The notes: generated by a model from the sequence alone, not told the origin. 32,051 nucleotides of DNA from Octopus bimaculoides (GCF_001194135.2 NC_069008.1:12267035-12299085); one strand, 5' to 3'. Numbered from the stretch's first letter, positions 20,227-31,473 are shown. Program-made: numbers and translations.

Positions 20227-20409
20227 AGCTATCTTTCGATTTGATGTGAAGAAATGTCAAGTAAAAGCACATGGGTTTTGTTTACATCTAATGGGCCTGT
20301 TAGGGTTAGGGTTAGGTTTAGGGCGAGGGTTAGGGTTAGCTGATTAGATGTAAACAAAACCCCATGTGCTTTTACTTGTCGTTTCTTCACATCAAATCGA
20401 AAGATAGCC
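20227..20409. mobile_element. 183-bp MITE-like foldback with ~66-bp TIRs, an 8-bp TSD and a telomeric-repeat loop
   Basis: Arms 20228-20292 and 20343-20408 differ by 2 mismatches and 1 indel. The TSD ACGAAAAT is at 20219-20226 and 20410-20417. The loop 20300-20339 reads TTAGGG TTAGGG TTAGGT TTAGGG CGAGGG TTAGGG TTAG. Confidence 0.88.
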
Positions 20410-20569
20410 ACGAAAATTATTTTACTTTCGTTTTCTTAGAGAAGATTGCCTTATGTTGTATGCAGACGCTGAAGATGCAACAACTAAAGGGTTTCATTCA
20501 ATGTTAAGAACAACCCAAATTGATTAAGCTAAGAAATTATATATCGTGGTAGGTAGTGATACAGAAATG

Positions 20570-21260
20570 AATGAAGACCGGAAGTACAGCACCGCAGTGA
20601 ATACGGGGTTACAAATGTCAATACAACACCTTAATTATTAATTTTGGATCATCAGTGATAGTAAGTAGAATGTCGATCAGAAAACTCTAAAAGTTTTCAG
20701 TTATCGAAGTTCACCATGATTTTACTAAATAATATGTAATATTGTATACATCTTACCTTTTATTGGTATATAAACCGGTATTTACAGCAATTCTACTAAA
20801 TATCTTTGTAGAATTACAAAAGATAAATCACATAGTTTATGGTGCGATGAAACCGGAAGTATCACTTAGAAATGGAAATTCTAAAAACCGACTCGGAAAC
20901 ACAAACAATGAAATAGACTGTTGGAGTTATTTCTCTTTTTCCAGAAAAATGTTTTTAAAAAGTCATAAAGGTTTAAAGTTTGATCATTTTCACCGAGTCC
21001 GGAAATATGGCGTTGACTGCTTGTGCCGATACAAATATTTGGAAGTTGTCATTTTGTGCGTGACTGCATATTCTGTCGTAAACATCCGAAAAATAGCATG
21101 TGTTGTCAAGAAAGAGTAAACAACACGTTTTTAGAGTACTATGCCAACTTACTGAGGCAGTTCCATGCGAGGAAGACAGTCTGTGCATCTGAAAAGGAGG
21201 AATACCAGTAACAGGCAGAGGTTCAGCTTGTAACAAATCAGCGTCTCGTTTAGTGGTAAG
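20570..21260. promoter_or_regulatory. Putative bidirectional promoter / first-exon region
   Basis: ETS motifs CCGGAAGT at 20578-20585 and 20853-20860, CCGGAAATATGGCG (ETS/YY1-like) at 20999-21012, and raised CpG. There is a minus-strand donor AAAG|GTAAGA at 20756 and a plus-strand donor AGTG|GTAAGT at 21256. Confidence 0.5.
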
Positions 21261-22648
21261 TTTTGTACAAACAGGTATCAAAATACATCGGAAATTGGGG
21301 TATATTCTCGTGTAAGGAATCTGTAGATCGGGGAGAGAATTTGATTTATATAATATATCAGTGTAGATATCCAGGCATGCATGCGCAGTCTTATATTTGT
21401 GTAATGTTTATGGACGTGAGGTAGACGTGAATATATAAAAGATAGAATTCGTACACTTCTTTGATTGGAATGTAACTTTCTGTGAAAATTACTTACTGGG
21501 TTAAGAATGACATGACAATTGAAAGACCTCATCATACTAATTAGATAAACTATTATAAATATAATCAGTTAAATATTTTTGTCTTGTAAGATTTCACACT
21601 TTTAGTGCAGTTTTTAGTAACTGATAATATCTCCCTCTCACTTACTCTCATTCTCCATGCAGTATTTGAACTTAGATTGCAGCATTCTAGTATTTCAAAT
21701 CAAAAACAGATTGCAGTAACGAACCTGATTAAATCTTTTTATTTAGAAACTTTAAAGATTACATTTCAATAAGTTAATTGTGAAATTAGTAGAGAAAATA
21801 TTTATAGAATTTACAATTAAATGACATTTTCAAGATTTCTGTGTTGCAGTAAAATAACCAGGTACTGAAACTTGTTTTAATTACATCATTGCGAATTATA
21901 CAGTCTCTCAGTTCCATAGTATTGTATTTATAAGTAAAAATAAAGTTTCTTAATATAGAAATATGTTTAATGTATTATAAGAAAATTAGTTTTATGACGA
22001 AAAAATACAATCATAGGCGATTGTCAAAGACATTTTATGGACTTCTGCTGTTTTAACTTGTTTCACCATTCGATCTTTAACCTGGAAATGGAATGAGAAA
22101 TATAATAAATATCAATTTTTAAACTCAATAATCCCAGGCCCTTATAATTTATACATAGCCTCAATTGTCATCTATTGTTTTCGCAAACGTGAGAAGATGC
22201 CTCTACAGAAGAAACAGGGATGAGCAATACAACTTATATTCAAATCATTAGTCACACGAACTAACGGTGAGGTATTAATTATCAGGAATATATTGTAAAA
22301 TATTGGCAACAGAACAACTGAACAACTTTATATGAAAAAAAAAGGACTGTTTAGTTCTATTCTGCTTAAGGTGTGCATGGTTGTATGTACATTTTATATG
22401 TAAATGGCTGTATATATATTTTATATATACCTTTATTGCTATATGAATATTTTACAAGGGTCTTTAATGGCCGTGTGGATATAATTTACAAAGACCTGTC
22501 TATGGCTGTATGTGTATACAACATGGGATTATCCACAGCTGTATGTATATGATCTACATGGATTTACCTATGGCTGTATGAATATTTTACATATGTCCGT
22601 CTTTGGTTATGTGTACTGCAACAAATATTTATATATTTGTGCATATCT

Positions 22649-23090
22649 TTATTCAACCATATATGCCTCGTTTTGTTCCATTACATTTCGCTTCATTTGA
22701 GGTAGCTTCATGATTCCATCCTCTCAGAACTAGGCATCTTTCTGGGCCATGAACTGGTCTAAGTGGTTTTTAAGTCTTTCAAAGAATTGAAGTTCTTCCC
22801 ATGAAGAGAATTTTGCGGGGTCCTAATAAATGGTAATCCGAAGGTGCAAGGTCCCGTGAGTATGATGGGTGTCATAGGATATCCCAACCTGGCTGGGATA
22901 TCCTATCACACCTCGGGTCTCCGAGGAAAAATTGAGGTCTAGTTTTATCCCGAAAGAAAGCGACACCCTTCCGATTAGCCAGTCCTTGACGTTTTTCATT
23001 GATGGTCTAACTGACAACAAATTGTCTGAATTGTACGTATGATTTTCGGAAGGAGGCGTTTCGAAGATGAGGCAAAACTTAGTTGTGATC
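22649..23090 (-). pseudogene. Mariner transposase C-terminal remnant
   Basis: Decayed translation TINEKRQGLANRKGVAFFRDKTRP...HPSYSRDLAPSDYHL...QNSLHGKNFNS..DL.NHLDQFMAQKD..GIMKLP...EQN.AYMVE*, containing the YSPDLAPSD motif. Confidence 0.85.
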
Positions 23091-23364
23091 TGAACATAAC
23101 CGCTTCTGACACAGAGAATTGGGAGCCCTTTTGGGCATTCTATTTTCCTTGCTGGAAGGGTTCCCAACCCATGGGCAAAGAGGGGTTAGATGATGGGTAT
23201 GGTGCTTTCAAAGGGCTGGCATGTGTAACCTTATCACCTCCACAGATCAAACTCCCAACTCATGCGCTCCCGTCGCGACACTGATTCTGCCGAAATTTGA
23301 CGTCGATGTTACTCAGTTTGGCTTGAACTAAAGAACTTGATTAGATTAATAATCCCAACTTAAT

Positions 23365-23392
23365 CCCGGGCAAAGCCGGGCTATACTGCTAG
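23365..23392 (+). mobile_element. Helitron-like 3' terminus
   Basis: GC-rich hairpin CCCGG-GCAAAG-CCGGG followed 8 nt later by CTAG|T. Confidence 0.55.
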
Positions 23393-23517
23393 TATTTTAT
23401 AAATCCATGATCGAAACTGCATTTACTGCGTTCTCAACACACATGAGTGGCTGTATATTTTTATGAGTGTGGATAGATATCGGACATACGATGACGCTGA
23501 TCGCGTGCATATTTTGA

Positions 23518-23617
23518 NNNNNNNNNNNNNNNNNNNNNNNNNNNNNNNNNNNNNNNNNNNNNNNNNNNNNNNNNNNNNNNNNNNNNNNNNNNNNNNNNNN
23601 NNNNNNNNNNNNNNNNN
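23518..23617. other. Assembly gap (100 N, probably of unknown size)
   Basis: Exactly 100 N. Confidence 0.95.
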
Positions 23618-23843
23618 GAAGAAAAAGACGACGGGAAGGAAAGGGGAAAGAAGTAGTATAGGGGAAGCAAGAAACAGGAGAAAGATTAAGACTAGGAGAA
23701 AGACAAGAAGAATATAAATGAGACAGAGACAAACATCCTCACACATACATTTGCGTAGAAAGTAAAGAGAGTGAGAAAGCGAAGTAGTAGGGAAAGATAT
23801 TTAATACGCAAGATATTTAATTAGCAAGTCTGATTCAACTTAC

Positions 23844-23915
23844 AAATTCTCTAAACTGGTAAGGTCTTGGAAGGTGTGTTCTAGAATATTCGTGAATTTG
23901 TTAGTACTCAATTCT
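23844..23915 (-). CDS. LRR exon A (72 nt, phase 2-2)
   Basis: TTGCAG|A GAA TTG AGT ACT AAC...GAG AAT TT|GTAAGT, encoding ELSTNKFTNILEHTFQDLTSLEN. Confidence 0.88.
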
Positions 23916-24258
23916 CTGCAACATAAAGGTAAGTTTATAAGAAATTCATAGGGAAAGACGTGTGATAAGATATCAAATATTACGGCTAGAAATTAAATTT
24001 GACATTAAAGAGTGAATTAAATGATATATAAAATAAGAAATTGCAACGAATATTCATATTAATAGGATTACTTGTGGGTCTATAAAAGTGTGTACTACTA
24101 AACAGATATAATTTGCATCCGTCAGTTATGTATATATAGTTATATGGGAATGGGGAAAATAGTAGTGGAGGAAAAACAACATTGCAAGGAGAGGAAGACA
24201 TTGACATATAGAGATACATCGTTTATGAAATAGCATCAACGAGACTAAACCAACTTAC

Positions 24259-24330
24259 ATTATCTTTAAATTGGTAAGGTCCTTGAATGTTCCTTGTTCA
24301 ATGGTCATAATTTTATTATTAGCCAGCCAA
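24259..24330 (-). CDS. LRR exon B (72 nt, phase 2-2)
   Basis: TTACAG|T TGG CTG GCT AAT AAT...AAG ATA AT|GTAAGT, encoding WLANNKIMTIEQGTFKDLTNLKI. Confidence 0.88.
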
Positions 24331-25169
24331 CTGTAACATGAAGCGGGGTTTATAAGAAATATCAGAGGCAAATTTGAGATAAAATATAAACTTTAAGAAT
24401 AAACTATTATGTTTAACATGAAAGTGATAATTAGAGAGAAGTAAGTAATAATTATATAAAATAAGAAATTGTGATGAATGTTGATCGCTATAGGAGTTAC
24501 AATGGATCAACTCCTAAAAAATATATATTGTATTCCTCTTATTTGTGTCTACTTGTTCCAGAGATTTTTAATTTGACATCCCATAAATTATTCTGTGGAT
24601 TTATATTTTACAGCATTGGATAATTTATTTGTAATTTTTGTTATGTAGATTATTTATCACACATTATTATATAATGACAATATCCATTGGGGAGGCTAAA
24701 AAGTTGGAGTAAGTCTGTTGTACAAAACCATTATTTGTTTTTCTGGTGTTTAGTCACATGAATTGTGATGATGCGTATAAACATCTGAGTGTCATACTCG
24801 GTGAATTATGACCTAATGAGAAGTTAGATTTTCCTGAAAACTTTCAATGCAACATTATTCGTTTGTATTCATTTATGCTTTATTTATATGTATTTATATA
24901 TACGTATACACAGAAGGAAAACTGGGAAGCTAAAGAAAAGAGAAAGAGTAGGACAAAAATGAAGAAAGAAAGACTATGACAAAAAATGAAAAGGGAAACA
25001 AGAAAGAAAGGGAGAAAAAAGAAAAGAAGTGAATTGTGAAGAGAAGGAAGAACGAAGGGGAAATATATGGTGGATGAAGTGGTGGAGAAGAAGAGAAAAA
25101 ATAGGATGAGGAGAAAAAGAAAAAGAAAGGTTGGAAAAATTCTGAAGGAAAAGGAATAGGGAGGAGAAG

Positions 25170-25171
<2 letters not shown>

Positions 25172-25243
<72 letters not shown>
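25172..25243. repeat. (AGT)24 microsatellite within a purine-rich tract (~24915-25330)
   Basis: Perfect trinucleotide run. Confidence 0.95.
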
Positions 25244-25506
25244 TGAAGAAGAGAATGATATAAAAGAAGGGGAATAAAAGAAAACGAAAATGAGGGAACA
25301 GTATGGTAGAGGTATTAATAGCGGAAAGACAGGAAAAAGAAGAGTATAAAAGATAGAAGAAAGACTGTATGTAGTACTGTATGTAGTAGAGAGAAATAGA
25401 CCCCATACACAGTCTTACATACAGATAGTGAGAACGAGAGGAAGACATTTAATATATAGAAATATATCATCAATAAAACAGTATCAACAAGACTGATCCA
25501 ACTCAC

Positions 25507-25578
25507 AGTTCCTTTAAATTGGTCAGGTTTCGTAAGGTACGTTCTTTAATTTCTTTGACTTGGTTATTATTCAGGGAT
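25507..25578 (-). CDS. LRR exon C (72 nt, phase 2-2)
   Basis: TTACAG|A TCC CTG AAT AAT AAC...AAG GAA CT|GTGAGT, encoding SLNNNQVKEIKERTLRNLTNLKE. Confidence 0.88.
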
Positions 25579-26234
25579 CTGTAACAGGAAAAGGATTTGA
25601 AAAGAAATTGTATGGGGGAAAATTTGTGATAAAATATCATGTATAATGTATAATCATAAAATATCGTATATAATCATGAAATATCATATATGATCATAAA
25701 CTATCATGTATAATCATAAAATAAAGAGATATTTATAGAAAATCAGAGATTGTGATGAATGTTGATATTAATAGGAGTAGTGATATACAAGAGTATACTT
25801 CTGAAAAATATTGTAATTGTACTGTATGTGTATTTAGTTTTCCCAGAAGTTTTAAATCGTATATTCCGTTAATTATTTCATGGCTTGTGGATTTTTATAT
25901 TCTATTGTGATTTGCCTGAAATTATTGTCATGTAAGATTATTTATTTCACACTTTCTTTTTGCGACGTTGGGCAAAGTAAGCCTGCTGTATAAAACCATT
26001 GTTTTTCTCGTATTAATTCACATATGGATTGTGGTGGTGTGTATGAACATCTGAGTAGTATCAGATGTCATACTTCCGGTGATTTGATTTAGCTGTGAGA
26101 CTTTCCTGAAAATTTGCTATACCACACTATTATGCTTTATGTATATACATCTCTATGTCGTCATTGTCGCAGGCGTCGGCGGCGGCGGCAGCGGCTGCTT
26201 TATCTCATATCCGTGAATTTAGTTTCTTCTTAGC

Positions 26235-26550
26235 TAAATGACTTTATGGTGCTGATGGCTCTGTAGATCAATTATTGCATAGAAAAGTCGATGATATTGA
26301 CTGTTTGGTAATGTTGATGGACGAAGTGGTTGATTTTGTTGAACTTTCCTTTCCTGTCATTTGATTTCTTCCTTTTCTCGTCTGGTGGCTTCGAAGATTT
26401 TGCTTCCGATGGTGATAGAACACCACCATTTGGTACGGTTTCAGGTTTATGTTTCAAACGATTTAGGCTCAATTCCAGTGACTTTCAGTGTTGTTTTGAG
26501 TTGGCCCTTGCATCTTTTCCCTAACTCGAGCTTCTGCGTTGAAGGACAAA
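26235..26550 (-). mobile_element. RTE/BovB-like LINE ORF2 C-terminus
   Basis: GKRCKGQLKTTLKVTGIEPKSFET*T*NRTKWWCSITIGSKIFEATRREKEEIK*QERK...RLFYAIIDLQSHQ. Confidence 0.75.
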
Positions 26551-26879
26551 TGGGAAAACAAAGAAAGGAATAGGAGTAGGAGGACAATTAAACAAATAAC
26601 GAGAAGTCGAAAAAGAATGAAAAGAAGGAGAAAAGGAAACTGAAAGAGAATAATGAGAATGGTGAGAAGGAGGAAGAGGTGATGGACGAGTAGGTGGATG
26701 AGGAAGAGGAGGCAATGATTGAAGAGGTGGAGAAGGAAGAGAAAAACAAAACAAATGTAGGAAAAAGAAAAGGATAGAAGTAGAAAGTAAAAGCTTTTTA
26801 AAATGAGGATATTGTGAAGAAGAGAAGAGAAGGAGGATGAAGATATCTTAACTTTTCTCTCCAAAAACTCAACGCCAGT

Positions 26880-27300
26880 TTTTGAAAAAATAGACTTAAA
26901 TTGGACTTAAAGCCATGGTTTTTAGCGTAACATTCCCAGAAATGCAAGAAGTTATTTAAACTATCCTGTGATCCTTCCCAATCAAAAAGACGTCATCAAT
27001 GAACCGTAACCAGAGTGCTGGTTCCTGACCATGTAAGGATTTGAATGTCTTCAGTAACTGTGTCTCGAATTTCGTATTGATGATATTAGCGAAATTAACT
27101 GCCATGGGGGTACCCATGGCACCCCACCCCCTCGTCTAGTGGTAAAAATTTTGTCCAAACTTCATTGTGTTACTTCACAAACTTTAATAACTTACAGAGA
27201 AAATTAGATTGGAAAACTCTTGTTTGACCGTTTTTCAAAGGGATTCATGCATGCTTCAACCCCTTCATCGTAGTCAGTATTGGCATATAGTGAAGACCTC
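26880..27300 (-). mobile_element. Penelope-like element reverse-transcriptase fragment
   Basis: SLYANTDYDEGVEAC...GAMGTPMAVNFANI..KFETQLL...PALWLRFIDDVF, i.e. the GxAMG and WxRFIDD motifs. Confidence 0.8.
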
Positions 27301-27309
27301 TCATCGTGG

Positions 27310-28690
27310 TCATCCATGAATGACTACCTGCAACCTTTGATTTTCGCATCTTTTCAAAAAGACATCAAGTGCTAAGAACCTTTCTGATGAACTTATCTGT
27401 TCCGAAGAGGCCAACCTTCTGTGGAAGTTATACAGGACATTCATTCCAGCCTTCTTTAACCATTTGCCTGTGTCATTACTCACAGTTCTTAATGTATCAA
27501 TTATCACAGGTACAATGTTTATACATTTCATATTCCAAATCCTCACAATCTCGAATTTTAAGGGGTTGTTTCTTTTAAACATTTCTTCTTTCTTCACAAT
27601 CCTAGTATCAGCTGGACATGATCGTCCTCTCAGTAAATTCGTTGTTTTTCTTGTCAATTGTTGTTATATTTGATTTGTCATTTTTTTTTATCCGTTTGTA
27701 ATTTTCCCACTCAGGCACCCTTTTTACCTGATAATTATACAAAATATTCCCAGCTTCAAATCTCCATTTCTGACAAAACTTCCAGTGCAAAGCTTTCACT
27801 TGGTCTTGCTTTCATTTTTTAAAATTCTCCCTTTGCCAACTTGGAGCATTCTGCAACAATGTGTGCCATTCTTTTATCCCAAATTCCACATGCTCTACAC
27901 TTTGCTGACACCTCCTCATATACATACTTTCTCAAGTTGTTTGCAGCGCTTGCTCATGAGCTGCTGTAATAAGATCCTGCGTCTTTTTCAATTCCCCTTT
28001 TATCAGCCAAACCCAGGTTTTCGTTCCACATACATCCTCAGTGGTTTTCCAAAACGGACCATGCGAAGGTCTTTCTTCAATCTGTTTAATATGCTCTCTT
28101 TAAATTTCAACCTTATCCTTTTCTCGTATTCCACACTTGATCATTTGTTCATTATCATTTCTTACCGTTAGTAACTTCTTCGCTGTTCTGTAGATAATCT
28201 ACTAAGCCGTTTTGTTCCATCTGCACACACTCTTCCACAACAATGAAACCTCTGCCACCCTCGGTTCTCTTCAATTACAACTGTCTTTCGGGTTGCGGGA
28301 TTCATACATAGTCGACAGCTTTATAATTTTTCGAGTTTCTGTATTACGTTTTTTGTCCAATCTACAGTTCCAGTTCTACATCTGATGACGGGCGCTTCTC
28401 TTGAATTTATTGTTTCAATACCATTTTTCAAATACAACTTTGGCAGTAATATTTTTTCATTCACCTTGTATACTCCCTTTTTGTAATTTGTTCCATCTCT
28501 TCATGTTTTATCTCATCTACCTTCAGTATTCTCAAATACTTATAAAACTATCCCTTTTCAACAGCTATCATTGACATTTCAATTCTCTGGCTTTTTTTAG
28601 AATCTTCTCCGTTTCATTAACAATATAGAACACTTCAATCCCGAATCTCATGCCTACATCTTTTGAGAGAATGCAAACAATATGTATAGT
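27310..28690 (-). mobile_element. R4/Dong-clade LINE ORF (RT thumb, CCHC and RLE), decayed
   Basis: ILSKDVGMRFGIE...YKYLRIL.VDEIKHEEM...INSR..PVIR...VDWTK...EGGRGFIVVEECV...KCRACG...HIVAECSKLA...KALHWK...LKFEIVRIWNMK..IVPVII...QKVGLFGT.KFIRKVL*. Confidence 0.85.
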
Positions 28691-28699
28691 ACAAAACTT

Positions 28700-29110
28700 T
28701 CTAGCTAATTCGTATTTTTCGCATAGACAGAAGATAAACAAAATTGAAGTATATCTCTCTTTAGCCAGCCAGGTTCTAACGTTGAAGTAATGATAAAACA
28801 AAATCGAAATATATCTATAAGTTGCCAAGAAGCTTTAAACTTTAAAGAAAAATAATCAAAATATATCTATCCTTGGCCAACATGATTCACACGTCAAAGA
28901 AACAAATAAAAACATTAGCCAACAGGATTCGGGCGTTGATGAAACAAATAAAACAAAATCGAAATATGTCTGTCATTATCCAGGAAGTTTCCAACGTTAA
29001 AGAAACAAATAAAGCAAAATCGAAATATATCTGTCGTTAGCAAAAAGATTCTGAAAATTAAAGACAACAAAACAGAATATCTTTCATTAGCTAACAAGAA
29101 ACGTTGAAGG
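28700..29110. repeat. Diverged minisatellite, ~7 copies of ~55-65 bp
   Basis: Recurring AAACAAAATCGAAATATATCT.TC.TTAGCCA...AACGTT(G/A)AAG. Confidence 0.75.
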
Positions 29111-29624
29111 TGGACAAAATGAAGACGAATATAATGAAGAAAATAGGAATTAGAAGAAATGATAATATATGGAGATTAAGAAGGAGGAGGAGGAGAGGAG
29201 GAGGGGAGAAGGAAAAGGAGAAAAAGTAGATGATGATGAGCAGGAAGAGGATGTTATTGATGATGATAAAGAAAGAAGGAGAATTAAAAGATTATAATGA
29301 AGAAACAAAGGTGGAGAAAGAATGAAAAGAAGTATATATGATAACAAAGAACAAGAAAATGATTAAGGAAGAGGAGAACAAAGATAATGAGAAAAATAAG
29401 AATAGATTGAAGGAAAAAGAGAATGATATAAACGAAAGAGAATAAAAGGGATGAGAAGATGAGGCAAAAGAAGGAGAAATGTAGAGGAAAGAAATGAAGC
29501 ACAATGCTTGGATGTTGTAGAGGCGAGAAATCAGGGAGAAAAGAGAGAGAGAGGAGGGTAAGACATTTAATATTTAGAAGTACACTGTCATTGAAATAGT
29601 ACCAACAAGCTTAATCCAACATAC

Positions 29625-29696
29625 AATATCTCTAAGCTGGTAAGGTTTTCGAAGGCTCTCTCAGCAATATTCGTGATGCTATTTCCATTCAGATTT
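29625..29696 (-). CDS. LRR exon D (72 nt, phase 2-2)
   Basis: TTACAG|A AAT CTG AAT GGA AAT...GAG ATA TT|GTATGT, encoding NLNGNSITNIAERAFENLTSLEI. Confidence 0.9.
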
Positions 29697-31300
29697 CTGT
29701 AACATGAAAGTAACTTTATAAGAAATTCTATAGAGCAGATTTGTGGTAAAGTATAAAATGATATGGATAAACATGTAAAATATAGAATTAAATTACATTT
29801 ATATAAATAAGAAATTGTGATGAATGCTCATATTAATAGGATCACCAGTGGATCGATACAAGTTCGTACTCTAAAAAAAATATAAATTGTATCTGTCAGT
29901 TATGTGTAATATAGTGGTGCTAGTTTTTTAAATCTTCATTTTTTAAAATTATTTTCTGGTTTGCGGATTTTATATTTTATATGGTTGTAATGTAGATTAT
30001 TTATCAAATAATATTTTATAAAGACAATATCTGTTTCGGAAGCAAAACAAATAAAGTATATCTGATGCATAAACACCATTATTTGTTTCTCTGACTTGTA
30101 GTCTCACATTAATTAAGACGTAGTGTGAAAATATCTTAGAAGTAGTGGCTGTCATTTTCTTGTGACTTATGATGCATTGAGCTATGGTACTTTCTTAGAA
30201 AATCTGGATGGAAATATTATATACATATAATTCTGCTTGTTCGTTCGTTCACACGTTACGGTTTACCTAGTTAGAAAGAAGAGTGAGAGACGGAGGGAAG
30301 AAGAGTGAAAGAAAGAAGGAAGATGTATACATACGTATGTATGTATGCAAGTATATATATATGTGTGTGTGTACGCTAGATGGCGAAGAGGCGAAGAACG
30401 AGAGAAAAAGAGGGAGATAATGGTGTTAACAACGTGAGGTAGGGGAAAGTAATAATTATCATGCTAAGATCGAATGTGTAATGTTATTGCATGGTTAGTT
30501 GAAGGGAGAGGCGAAAAGAGAGAGTCGGTGTGTGTTAACGCTGAGAAGTGAGTGACATTGCTGTTACGTTGTGTGGTTAGTTAGAAAGAGGTAGAGAGTA
30601 GAAATAAAGATATAAACATGTTACGTGAATGGGCATGTATAATAGTTTAAGTGAGAGGCAAAGAAAAAGTTAGAGTGAGTGAAAGAGAAAGTGAACGTAA
30701 GTGAGGGAGAGCGTGTGAGTGATTATTGACTGAAAGGAACGCAATAGTGGAAAGCAGTTACATTTTATACGTGGTATGGTAGAATATTGTGACAGCCAAC
30801 ACAAATAAAAGTTTAGTTGTTATAGTTTTTAATGTTCAACTGTTTCTATACTTTTAATCCATCAATGTATCTATGTGGATAGATAGATTCATTGACGGAT
30901 AGAAGATAGAAAGACCGATGGCCAGATATACCGACACATAGTTAGATCAAAGTGAAATAATCTTAGCAAATAGCTGCTGTGGATGTTACTTTCATCTACT
31001 TATGTGTGGCAGCCGAAAGGCTGAAGCTATGTTGGAGTACCTCAATTATTTAGGTTTCTTCAAATTATTTGGTTTTAATGTTTGTCTATATTTTTAGAGT
31101 AAGCAGCTACATACATCAACAAAAATATGCGTAGAATATGATAAATAGATAGATAGATACATAAATACACTAGTAAGTAGATAAGTCGGTAAGTTGAGGC
31201 ATTGATTGATCGCTTCTTCAATACTGCCTATTTTGAATTGTACATCTTCTAAGAATCAAATGTTTCAGAAAAATACAATTTCGTCACACAATTTTCGAAA

Positions 31301-31323
31301 TACCCGTGGAATTTCCACGGGTA
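31301..31323. other. Perfect GC-rich hairpin (possible decayed Helitron 3' end)
   Basis: TACCCGTGGAA-T-TTCCACGGGTA; no intact CTAG follows. Confidence 0.5.
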
Positions 31324-31401
31324 CTGTTTGTATATGTAGGTTTTTAATACATAGAAATATATCATCAATGAAATAGTATGAACAAGACTGGTCCAACTTA
31401 C

Positions 31402-31473
31402 AGTTCCTTTAGACTGGCAAGATTCTGGAAAGGTCCTTCTTCAATATTTGTAATTTCATTATAATACAGATTT
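31402..31473 (-). CDS. LRR exon E (72 nt, phase 2-2)
   Basis: TTATAG|A AAT CTG TAT TAT AAT...AAG GAA CT|GTAAGT, encoding NLYYNEITNIEEGPFQNLASLKE. Confidence 0.9.

Noticed and set aside
20300-20339. True telomere or chromosome-fusion scar
   Set aside because: Only ~6 units in one orientation, enclosed by TIRs and a TSD, with no head-to-head TTAGGG/CCCTAA junction.
24930-25448. Hydrophobic F/L/Y-rich ORFs resembling membrane proteins (also 26469-26864, 29150-29504)
   Set aside because: Translations of GA/TC low-complexity tracts and microsatellites; no 7TM motifs.
26157-26200. GC-rich (CGG)n patch suggesting a CpG island
   Set aside because: About 40 bp of simple repeat with no promoter motifs or first-exon donor nearby.
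27100-27121. Palindrome TGCCATGGG-GGTA-CCCATGGCA
   Set aside because: It coincides with the Penelope RT AMGTPMA codons and is explained by the coding sequence.
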